A DNA stretch of 64,000 nt from positions 137,392,001-137,456,000 of the forward strand of contig OX597817.1 of assembly GCA_951406725.2 (NCBI GenBank). The letters are read 5' to 3'. How positions within the stretch are numbered: the stretch's first letter is position 1; every line of letters starts with the position of its first letter. Below, piece by piece: positions 53,041 through 64,000 of this stretch. Source of the DNA: Octopus vulgaris (Eukaryota). The notes beneath the pieces are model-generated. The model saw only the letters and a program-made list of their open reading frames with translations. It made no database searches and was not told the DNA's origin. A program made the translations under genes and the position numbers.

Positions 53041-53403
53041 CTAAATGGCTTGGGTGAACAAATCTTTCGATAATTGCCCCTAATCTTCCAATCTTCAGGC
53101 GCTGACATTCCTGCAGACATGGAAACTGTTGATTCTTTTTACTCATACACTGACACACACGCATACAACCCTTTATATTTACATTGATGCGTTCACTTCA
53201 TCTGAAATACATTGAAACACGCGCGCACACGCACACATGTACATATACACAAGGACTTAGGAGTTTCGATCATAAACTTCGAAGTCACTGTCAACAATAT
53301 TCTTGTATAAGAATAATAAATTTGTTCTCTACGAAAGTAAAAAGCAATCCATCAGATTGATGTAAAATTGTTTGTATCACATCTGAAAAACAAACATTGA
53401 GGG

Positions 53404-53452
<49 letters not shown>

Positions 53453-54182
53453 AAAACCACAAATATACCGAGCTAACGATGAAACTTGTTATAATTGCTA
53501 GACATAGCAGTCAAAGGTCCTTCAGATTTACCTCTCAACTGTTTAAAAAAAGGAAGGATATAATCTATAGAAATGGCCTTTGATATACAATTTCTAAAAT
53601 GTTGGTTAATCTTCGAAGACTTTTAATCGTAGGTCTTCGCAATTAAGGTTTTCGTAATTTAACCTGGGGCTAAACAGTAGCAATCACTACGATTACGACG
53701 GCAATAAGTCAACGAAGGTAAGTCAGCCCGCTAAAAATAGCAGCCAAATCTCCGTCTAGTCTGTCTTTTACCTAAAAAAGTCCACCAAAAATAATATTGT
53801 TGCCGTCGACACCTGAACAAAAGACGGGTTGGTCGTCACAGTTAGGTGTGGCCTGGGGCTAAATGACAATAGAAAAAAAAAAGGGAGAGACAGGGCAGAA
53901 TGGAAGAGAAGTGTTCGATGCAGGTAAACATATAATGAAATTCATTAAATATGTGTGACCAGCAGGTTTTAATTAGTTGCTTGTGATATTTATAGGAGAA
54001 TATCAGAAAAGGCAAGTGAAGGAGAAAGGAGAGAGAAGGGGAGGGGGGAAAGCTGACTTAGTGTACAATCTAAACCACCGCAATAGTGAATAACTGTTGT
54101 GTGGAAGCTATTCTCACGACTGGCGTCTTAACGACGACATCGATGGCAATGACAACGATGACGAAGACAATGATGATGATGG

Positions 54183-54239
<57 letters not shown>

Positions 54240-55468
54240 CTTTGGTGTTGGATAGCTTCAATTGTTTATGCTAGAAAAATAGAAGTGGATATTTCTAGGG
54301 AGAAAGTCCAAGGATTTAATTCTATTTTCACCTGCTCCATATTTTAACGATTTTATATGCTCTTTGTTTTAATGGGAACCTTTAGAGTAAACTTAAAGGT
54401 TTCTAGGTTGGATTGAACCGTTCTCTCCATCAGTGTCTTAAAATGATTTGACTTCACTTCCACAGTTTGCATTAAGTCTGCTATCCCTTTGTAAACAACT
54501 AAAGACAGTTATGGCAGGAATAATCCCAAGGAGAAATAACGAAATATTTCTTTCAGGGCGTCCAAATTCCATGCAGTCCATTTACAAAAAAAAAAAAAGT
54601 TCAAAAACATTTAATGAATTGTTGACCTGAAACTAAAAATGCCTGTAGCTCTGTCTAGTTCCAAATACATCCCCAGACTGTTGATTATCCAGAGAACTTA
54701 GTGCCTGGAGACTGAGAATATTCTCTTCGTGAAACTCAAAAGTTATGTTAACTCTCTGGCAATCGCTTAGTTTAAATAGTATAAACTATTAGTCGCAGCC
54801 TCAGCAGACCAGTTCTTATCAGCCAACACCAACTTGACAAAATTATTCTCAAAGTAAATAACCCAAATCAAAAAGTGTTGTATTCTCTGCAACGTTGTTA
54901 CATATTTTGGCATTCAGGGAATAACCAACTTGAAGAAAGGGAGATATTATCAGAATTCCTAACTTCCTTTTTTTCTTTTTTTTTTTTTGTGGCTGTTTTT
55001 TCTCATTAGGAATCTACTCTGTAACAGTCTGGCATTTAAATGCCAACAATGATATAATGGCTGCCTGCCACAGAAAACTAAGGAACTTAACGAATAATAC
55101 CCCTGACAGTTTTAAAATGATGCCAAGATGAATTCGTTTCTAATGTCTGAGACCAACCACCATAGAATGGCGAGGATCGGGGAAGAGGAGTCTCCATTAA
55201 CTCTTTCGACAAATATGTGGCTTTTATCACTTTCCTCTTGATATTTAGCTCTAGATCCGCCTGATTTCAAACCTGTAATCAAAAACCATTTAGCTATTAC
55301 AGTGATAGTGTGTCCTTCTTAGTTTTAGTACAGAATTATGTAATTTGAGTGAGACTTAGCTGTTATTTCAAGTAAACCGACTAACCAGGCATGAACTCCT
55401 TCATTCGCTCACTTTCCTCTTTTATACAAAAATTATTCAGTGAAACAATATTTTGTCGTATGTTTAGC

Positions 55469-55901
55469 ATTTTTTCTACTCTAGGCACAAGGCCCGAAAT
55501 TTTGGGGGAGGGGGTCAGTGGATTAGATCGACCTCAGTGCGCAACTGGTATTTAATTTATCGATCCCGAAAGGATGAAACGGTAAAGTCGACCTCGGCGA
55601 AATTTGAACTCAGAACGTAAAGACAAACGAAATACCGCTAAGCATTTCGCCCGGTGTGCTAACGTTTCTTATTTCTTTACTACCCACAAGGGGCTACACA
55701 CAGAGGGGACAAACAAGGACAGACAAACGAAATAAGTCGATTATATCGACTCCAGTGCGTAACAGGTACTTATTTACTCGACCCCGAGAAGATGAAAGGC
55801 AAAGTCGGCCTCGGCGGAATTTGAACTCAGAACGTAGCGGCAGACGAAATACTGCTAAGCATTTCGCCCGGCGTGCTAACGTTTCTGCCAGCTCACCGCC
55901 T
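55469..55901 (-). mobile_element. Composite SINE B (alternative-tail unit plus standard unit)
   Basis: Same architecture as 11761-12148, with a different junction point. Confidence 0.9.
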
Positions 55902-55931
55902 TGTCATATTGTTGATATGATGAGCAGTGCA

Positions 55932-56136
55932 AGGCGACAAGTTGGTAGAATCGTTACTGCACTACAAAAAATGCTTAGTGGCATTTCTTCCGACTTTACG
56001 TTCTGAGTTCAAATGTCGCCGACGTCGATTTTGCATTTCATCCTTTCAGGGTCGATGAAAGAAGTACCAGTGGAGCTGTAGGGTCCACTAGTACTTCTCC
56101 CCGAAAATACCGGGCCTTGTGCCTATAGTAGAAAAG
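55932..56136 (+). mobile_element. SINE family B (diverged)
   Basis: Head-to-head with the preceding composite. Confidence 0.85.
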
Positions 56137-57002
56137 CATATATTCAACGCTACACCATCTTTATATTATTCAATACTGTTAGATTTTTTTAAATATATAT
56201 TAAATATTTATCATTTATTATTTACTGTTCTGTTGTTTTTGACCTCAAAATTTGTGTTGGAATCTAACATTGAATTATCATGACAATAAACGGAATAGAA
56301 ATTTGCACAAAATATAAAAAAAGCTCCGAACGATTAAAGATGACACCACTTTCAATTGACGCAACAATTAAAAGAGTTCTTGATATTAACAACAGAAAAT
56401 TAATTATTCAATTGTTGTCTTATTCATTAATTATTCTTATTCATTATCTCCCACTGCTAAATTATATTTAACCTTTCTATTTAATAGCTGCTCTTTGTTT
56501 ACATTGTTCAAATATTCAAAGAATGACACTTTGGAAATTCGGTTCCAATAAAACGTTAAATTCCTCCACGATCAACATCATTCCATAAAAAGAAAGGGGA
56601 AAAAATGGAATTCCAGTTGTCAAATTTGAATAATTAATTCACGAAGCTGCACGGCTTGCAAATCTCCGAGACAAATAAATTGGTCATGATTTATTGTAGG
56701 ACACAAACAAACATCACCATCCCACGTGGTTTGTTGTGGTGGCTTATCTCCTAAAATTATTTTTGAATCTGGATTTTATTATGCGAAGTTTGAATCCCAG
56801 ACGAAAAGATAAGCAGGATGTATCTCGCTGCTGTTTTAAGTGATGGGAGTTAACATTATTCATGCACTAATTACGATTGAATGACGTTGTCCTATCAACA
56901 TATCCCACACACAGATACAAGCGGACACACAGACACACACATACGAACGGTGGGGGGGAGAAAGAAAAAAAACAATGCAGGATATGTTATGAAATATTTC
57001 GT

Positions 57003-57193
57003 TCTTTCCTTTTATTTGTTTCTGTCATTTGACTGCGGCCATAGTGGAGCGCCGCCTTTAGTCGAACAAATCGACCCCAGGACTTATTCTTTGTAAGCCT
57101 AGTGCTTATTCAATCTGTCACTTTTGCCGAACCGCTAATGTTACGGGGACGTAAACACACCAGCATCGGTTGTCAAGCGATGGTGGGTGGACA

Positions 57194-57232
<39 letters not shown>
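57003..57232 (-). mobile_element. SINE family A, 3' half
   Basis: Reverse-complement match up to the internal microsatellite. Confidence 0.9.
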
Positions 57233-57247
<15 letters not shown>

Positions 57248-57248
57248 A

Positions 57249-57459
57249 AGGCGAGCTGGCAGAATCGTAGGCTCGCCGGGCGAAATGCTTAGCGGTAGTT
57301 CGTCTGTCTTTACGTTATGAGTTCAATTTCCGCCGAGGTCGACTTTGCCTTTCATCCTTTCGAGGTCGATAAATTAAGTACCAGTTGCGTAGTGGGATCG
57401 ATCTAATAGACTACCCCCTCCCCAAAATTTCGGGCCTTGTAACTAGAGTAGAAAAGAAT
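57249..57459 (+). mobile_element. SINE family B
   Basis: Full match. Confidence 0.92.
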
Positions 57460-58734
57460 AAACTCTGCCTCCATGACCCTGAATTCACTGCACCCCTGTG
57501 TTTCCCTAACATTTCTCTTCAACTGGGATCATGTTACTTTCGAAAAGTTTTTCGGTGTCCGCTCCGCCCACCCCCACCGCCTTTTGTTAATCCGATGTTT
57601 GTGTTTCCGGATTGACGCGATCTAGTGTAAACAACTTTGGATACCACAAACATCGCTCGGCCATTGTCTGTTCTCTGACCTGAATGGACAGCAGCGAAAA
57701 TAGTTGACCAATAAACTCACATAAAAGCAAAGAAACAAAAAAAAAAAAAAACTAGTAAACTTTGCAATTAAAAAGTAAATCTTCAGACAATTAGCAGCGA
57801 TCGAGGGAAAGCTTTATTGTAAAGAGCTTAAGGACAGTGGTGATATAAATTGTATTTGACGTGATTGTAAACTGAGAAGACGACAATTTTATAGAGAATC
57901 ACTCACTGGAAATTAGAGGCTCATAAAAAGTAGAACGATTTCAGATTCTACCGAACACTTCTCCTAGTTTTGTACTTATTTCCATCTATTTCTCCAGTTT
58001 ATCCTATTTTGTCATCGCGATTTCATTGCTTTATTGCTAACTCTTTCGTCTAAATTGCAATACTGACAAAACATCACAGTCGGAGTTATTTTTTATGTCA
58101 ATCAAACAGACGAGTTTCATTCGACATTCACATAAATCTGTGCGGCAACGCTTATCAGCCGAAACCGTAAAACAGTCTAATGTTTTGTTAACAAGACTTT
58201 AGTACGTGATTGAAAAGGAATCATAGCAGATTTTGTCGATAGAAAGTCGATCAGCAGTTCAATGCTCCGAGCCCCGTCAGAGGTGTTACGTCAATGGAAG
58301 ATTTATTAAATTGTCCAAATACCAGTCATGTGAAGTTTAAATGTACAGGTATGAAATACAAATATATAGCCAGCAAAAACTGTAAATATGTAGGCCGCCT
58401 GAAGTATAAATATATAGGCAATAAACTATAAATATATAGGCAATAAAAAAGACAACATGGAGTATGGTATATATATATATATATATATATATAAGTAATA
58501 AGTGATATAAATGTATAGGCAGCAGGAATTATATAAGCAGCAAACTACAAAGATAGAGGTAACTTGAGGCAAAAATATAAACTCCGATAAAACCTCTTCG
58601 AAATTGATTCTTGAAAGAATTGTTTTAGTTGTTCTAGCAAAGCCTCTAACACAGTACAATCTCTCTCTCTCTCTCCTAAGATTCTGGTCTTAGGAGTGAA
58701 GAGGGCTTTATATACCCACACCCCGTCCCTATCA

Positions 58735-59100
58735 GCCAAGATCGAATGGCGGAATCGTTAAAGCGTTGGATAAAATTCCTTGATCCTTGATATTTTGAGT
58801 GCAAATAACGTCAAGGTTAGTTTTACCTTTCATTCTTCTGGGGTCTATAAAATAAAGTACTGGGGTGCCTTTTATTTTTTATTTGTTTCAGCCATTAGAC
58901 TGCGGCCATGCTGGAGCACCGTCTTGAAGAGGTTTTAATCGAATGAATCAACTCCAGAACTTACTTTTTATTAAAGCCTGGTACTTATTCTATTGGTTTT
59001 CTATTGCCAAACCGTTAGGTCATAGAGACGTAAACACACCCACACCGGTTCTCAAGCGGTGGTGGGGGACAAACATAGACACAAAGACACACACACACAC
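58735..59100. mobile_element. Degenerate SINE B (+) abutting SINE A 3' half (-)
   Basis: B core to 58866; reversed A tail at 58868-59100. Confidence 0.75.
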
Positions 59101-59354
59101 GCCCACACACTCCGATCATGGCCAGGAATAGTGGGTGGGGGTATCATAGCCATGTGTTGAGAGGGATTATTTGGGGTTTGCATAATTCACCCATGGAAAC
59201 ATGAGTGTTTCCTTCATCAACCTTAACCAACCCTTGATCAGGAACCTTTTGAGAGGCGTGCTCTACTCGACCTGAAGTAAATTCTAACAAGGCCCTATAT
59301 GCAAGATCATGTGCTTTTCATTGCGATATGAGGTCACCATGTCTCGCACATATG

Positions 59355-59426
<72 letters not shown>

Positions 59427-59428
<2 letters not shown>

Positions 59429-59625
59429 CCTTTCTACTAAAGGCAGAAGGGATGAAATTTTGGTGGAAGGGAAACTTGTCGATTACAACTACCTCAATGC
59501 TCAACAGGTATTTATTTTACCTACTCCGAAATGATGAAAGGCAAAATCAACTTCGGTGGAATTTGAACTCGACAGACGAAATGCTTCTAAGCGTTTTGCC
59601 TAACGTGCTAACGCTTCTGCCAGTT
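59427..59625 (-). mobile_element. SINE family B (degenerate) next to (TAA)n
   Basis: Diverged reverse-complement match. Confidence 0.75.
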
Positions 59626-59633
59626 CGAATATA

Positions 59634-59673
<40 letters not shown>

Positions 59674-61536
59674 CGATAGTAACCTAAATATGAATAAAAC
59701 CTGACCCCAATTGAAAGTCTAATTGTTTTTCCGTTTGACCAGTAAATGTTCATAGACCCCAATTCACTCTTGGTCAAAAAAATCTATCAACTAATACGAT
59801 CCAACAATGACAACCTCGTCTGTATGTAGGATCACGTTATCCAATCTGTCACTCCTTGTTTCTAAGATAACAGAATGATGTGGGGGAGTTTCGCTTGCTA
59901 TTTCTAACAATCTGAGCCACCATGTTGACACTGGCTGGTCCGTTAAGTATAAGATCTTTGTTTTTCCTGTTAGCTTAATTTTATAATTTCGTTCGACGTC
60001 AGGTTTGATTAATGTGATTAATGTCCCATGACTGATGAGTGAGTGAAATATAACAATAACAGCTTTGCTAAGTCAGTTTATGGATTCATCCATAAGATAA
60101 TTGATGACTCGATTAATTATGGATGGATTTATGAACGGAGCTGTTCATAATTAGTTAATAAGTCACCAGATTACTAGATCTGTTCACAATTGATGAATCT
60201 GATTCCTAATCCAGTTAAATGAAGGATTTATTAGTTATGGATCAGTTTATTAATGAAGCTCTTCCTAATTTCAACAAACGGACAACTATACGCCCATGTG
60301 CAATTCCACCTCCTCTCTCTCCCCACACATATTTCCGTATTACCCTTTCTTCTCTATATTTATATATTTATACGTGTGCGTGTGTGTGTGTTCCCCTGTT
60401 TTTAATCATATAAGTTCTTCCTCGGAGGAAGGAGCTGGTGTCTAATAAAGATCGGAAGCTCCATCGTTGGAATGGAGATAACAAAAAACATTGTCACATT
60501 TTGAGCTTGAGAAAAGTTTTCCATATTTTTACTGATCCATTCACAGATTGTGTTTCTAATATTGCGAGAGTTGGATTATTTCTTTTTCCGAAAACCCTAG
60601 ATAATCCAGGTTGTTATTCATTCACAAAACCAGGTGCACCAATTATTATTGTTATAAATGTGTATTTATAATCTGGATATAGAAGTTGTAGGTTTCGAAG
60701 CAACCATCCATAGTTATGCATGCATATATGTACGAATTATGTATGTATGTATGTATGTATGTATGTATGTATGTATGTATGTATGTATGTATGTATGTAT
60801 GTATGCATGCATGTGAGTGTATGTATGTATGTATGTATGTATGTAGTATGTATTTGTGTGTATGTATGTATGTGTGCATGCATACATGTATGTATGTATG
60901 AATGTATATATGTATGTATGTACTTGATATAAGGATGAGGTGGTAGAACTGTTAGAGTGCCGGACAAATTGCTTTGCGATCTGAGTTCAAATCCGACAGA
61001 GGTCAAGTTTGTCTTTCATTCTTTTGGGATCGATAAGACTAAAAAAGTAAAAATCGAGGGTAGTGAATTGATGGAACGGATACTTTGCGGTGTTTGTTTC
61101 GGCTCTTTGCGTTCTGCGTTCAAATCATGGCCAACAGAATGTGGTAGATTAATCCATTAATCAGTTTAATAGCACCACTTTGGCTGCTTTTAGCAGAGTC
61201 CGCTCTGTTGCAAGCATCCGGGTCAGATTTCCGCTTTGAGGAGAGTTTACACCCGTCACCCGACCCTCCATAGTCTTGGAGGCCCGACGATGGGTCACAG
61301 GCAAGGCCTTTTCTCTCGACTAGAAAGTAAAGCACAAAAACCACCGACTGCGCAGTAGATATATTGCTCCACTTGGTCAGCTCCGATCTTCCAAGTCGCT
61401 GTTTTTAGTCAGAAACACTGACGAATGTCTCAATAAATATATTTTCTGATTCCAAGTAGGGATTAAATTAATCGGCGGGTAATACAATACAACATATAAT
61501 ACAATGCAATATATAATATATTACAATATATTACTA

Positions 61537-61822
61537 AGGCAGTAAGTTGACAGAATCGTTATCACGCCGGACAGAATGTTTAGATGTTTAGCGGCGTTTC
61601 GTCCGTCTTTATGTTCTAAGTTCCAATTCTGTCGAGGTCGACTTTGCCTTGCGAGGTCGACAAAATAAGAACCAGTTGAACTCTGGGGTCGATGTAATCG
61701 ACTTTGCCCCCTCTCCCGAAATTTCTGGCCAAAATGTGAAACCAACATATAATGTGAAATCAACATACAATGTGAAACCATCATATAATGTGAAACCATT
61801 ATATAATGTGAAACCATCATAT
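61537..61822 (+). mobile_element. SINE family B whose tail expanded into an 18-bp minisatellite
   Basis: B body followed by five copies of AATGTGAAACCATCATAT (61733-61822). Confidence 0.85.
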
Positions 61823-61970
61823 AATATATTATAAGTTTTGGCATCATTATTGTAAGAAGCCATTTTCTTTCTCTGTTGTTTCCATCTTACAGAATTGGGG
61901 CGGTGGGGTGACAGTACCTCTTTATTGCTGAAAGCAAAGCATAGGATAAACTATTTTGTATCACTGAAAT

Positions 61971-62005
<35 letters not shown>

Positions 62006-62157
62006 TGGCTGTATGGTAAGTAGCTTGTTAACCAGCCATATGGTTTCGGGTTCAGTCCTACTGCGTGACACCTTGGGCGAGTGCCTTCTACTATAGCCCC
62101 GGGCTGACCAAAGCCTTGTGAGTGAATTTGGTAGATGGAAACTGAAAGAAGTCCGTA

Positions 62158-62214
<57 letters not shown>

Positions 62215-62484
62215 TATATATGTGTAGGTATGTATTTATGTATATGTATATATATATATATGCGTGTGTGTATGTGTGTGTTTGTGTGTCTGTCTCCCCA
62301 TCATCGCTTGACAATCGATGCTTGTGTATTTACGTCCCCGTAACTTAACGGTTCGGCAAAACAGACCGATAGAATAAGTACAAGGCTTACAAAGAATAAG
62401 TCCTGGGGTCGATTTGCTCGACTAAAGGCGGTGCTCCAACATGGCAGCAGTCAAATGACTTAAACAAGTAAAAGAATAAAAGAA
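62006..62484 (+). mobile_element. SINE family A
   Basis: Full-length match. Confidence 0.92.
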
Positions 62485-64000
62485 TATATAAATATATATA
62501 TATTTGTATAATCGTAGCAGACGATTTCAGATGATATGGGATGGGATTAGAGACGTTTACTAGCGACTACTTTTATGGAAACAAATTCAAGAACAATAAT
62601 GCAGTCTTCGGTGGGCATAAATAATTTAATAATTAATATTCAGAAAGATGTTGTCTTCTCACCGTCTCAGACTTGTGGCGCCGCCGGTCCAGTTGGCACA
62701 AATGGTGACACCAGCTCACTCCCATCAACCAATTTGCTACTTTAATATCAATTACAATAACAAGAAGAACGACATAATTTTATATGAATTAGAATAAATT
62801 TTGTTAATAACTACTGAGATCCGTGTGAAACGAACTTGATGACCGACTGAGCGAAAGACACGAAGGAGCCATGTTTGATTTTAACACAACTGCGGACGTT
62901 TACTCTCTGTTCACTGAACCGTTCTGCAGCATGACTGCTGTATATCGATATATATATATATATGAATGCGTATGCGTCTATGTTCCACATTCACTATATT
63001 ACATATGTGTGAAACACTATCGTATCTTTAAGAGGTGAAACTTGTGAATTCTTAAGAAAATCGCTTATTTGTTTTTACAGTTGTTGCTATTCATATCAAT
63101 GTATTAATTCTCAGAGCTTGGCAGATATCAATCCAATTTACATTTAACTGATTTCAGTCAAAATCATTAAAGTAATCAGTCTTAATTATAGAAGTATCAT
63201 AATATAGTGTTACTGTTGAGAAAACTGTTTTAAGGCAAGTTCTGATTTACGGAGGTATTAGCCTTCAACAATTCCATTTCAACCGGCCATTTCTATTTTG
63301 AGATGCTATTTTCAATGTTTCTACAAAAATATATGCTGCTGTTGTCAAATTAAAAACATTCAACTTATAAATCGAAGAATTACAGCTGAAACTGCAATGC
63401 TATTGTTTCTGTACGTTGTTATATATAACAGTATCTGCTCAGCTGAATGGGAATTCGAAGGAATTTCAATCGGAATGTTGCATTTATGGCTACCTTATTT
63501 TTAGACGTATTGAGGCATTCCTGCTTTTGAATTTAAGAAAACCTCTCAAGTTCTGCATGCTTCATTGGATACCATCTTGTATATAGTTCTAATAGAGTAA
63601 GTGTTTTGATATTATTGGACAGCTATGTGAGTTACATTTCCGGAAATATGTGTCATCATAACAGACACCGGAAAATTGCGAGTGGAATAATTCCTCATAT
63701 ACCAATGTAAATTTTATTTTATTAAATTATATTGCATAATATTACATTATATTATAATCATATTGTATGTGCTATAAACAACGAGGCTAGAAAATTGTTT
63801 CCCTGTAAGAACACAAGGAACAGAAAGACATAGCTAATGTCAACCTGCAGACACAACATGAAATAAATAATGTATTTATTTAGTCACGTGGGTTATGACT
63901 AGATGATCTGGGCTTGAGGATGGATTATTATATAATAAAAATTATGTAATAAATATGACAGTACTGTTGCTTTCTTTCATGTCTTCAGTTATTGTATGAT

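Noticed and set aside
60032-60053. CTGATGA-GTGAGT-GAAA as a hammerhead
   Set aside because: No stem I, and only a single G-U pair for stem II.
61733-61822. CRISPR-like array
   Set aside because: Head-to-tail 18-mers with no unique spacers, in eukaryotic DNA.
62832-62925. Box C/D snoRNA (TTGATGA...CTGA)
   Set aside because: Imperfect C box, offset terminal stem, and no recognisable rRNA or snRNA guide complementarity.

Overview
AT-rich, microsatellite-saturated animal genomic DNA, either intronic or intergenic. The repeat landscape looks like an octopus or other coleoid cephalopod; that is recognition from memory, not a database result. No intact host protein-coding gene is visible, and almost every ORF in the supplied track is a translation of (TA)n, (TG)n, (TATG)n or triplet repeats. 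The real content is mobile DNA: a decayed CR1-group LINE nested inside a hAT MITE (1.15-4.35 kb), a DD37D (maT-like) and a Tc1 transposase remnant, a pogo/Tigger-like MITE, an L1/Tx1 RT scrap, and 30 or more copies of at least four tRNA-headed SINE families. The most interesting signals are structural. (i) A series of Penelope-like element ends beside (TA)n tracts carry minimal hammerhead-ribozyme motifs with non-canonical cores and covarying stems. (ii) An ORF-less partial-tandem element with an 853-bp period resembles a pLTR or retrozyme. (iii) A five-hairpin motif of about 150 nt occurs in two divergent copies (4.7 kb + strand, 41.3 kb - strand) with compensatory base changes. (iv) There is a 78-nt pre-miRNA-shaped hairpin at 46.6 kb. 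(v) A strongly signalled minus-strand micro-exon candidate sits at 21.6 kb. All coordinates were read by eye and element ends are approximate unless a TIR or TSD is quoted.
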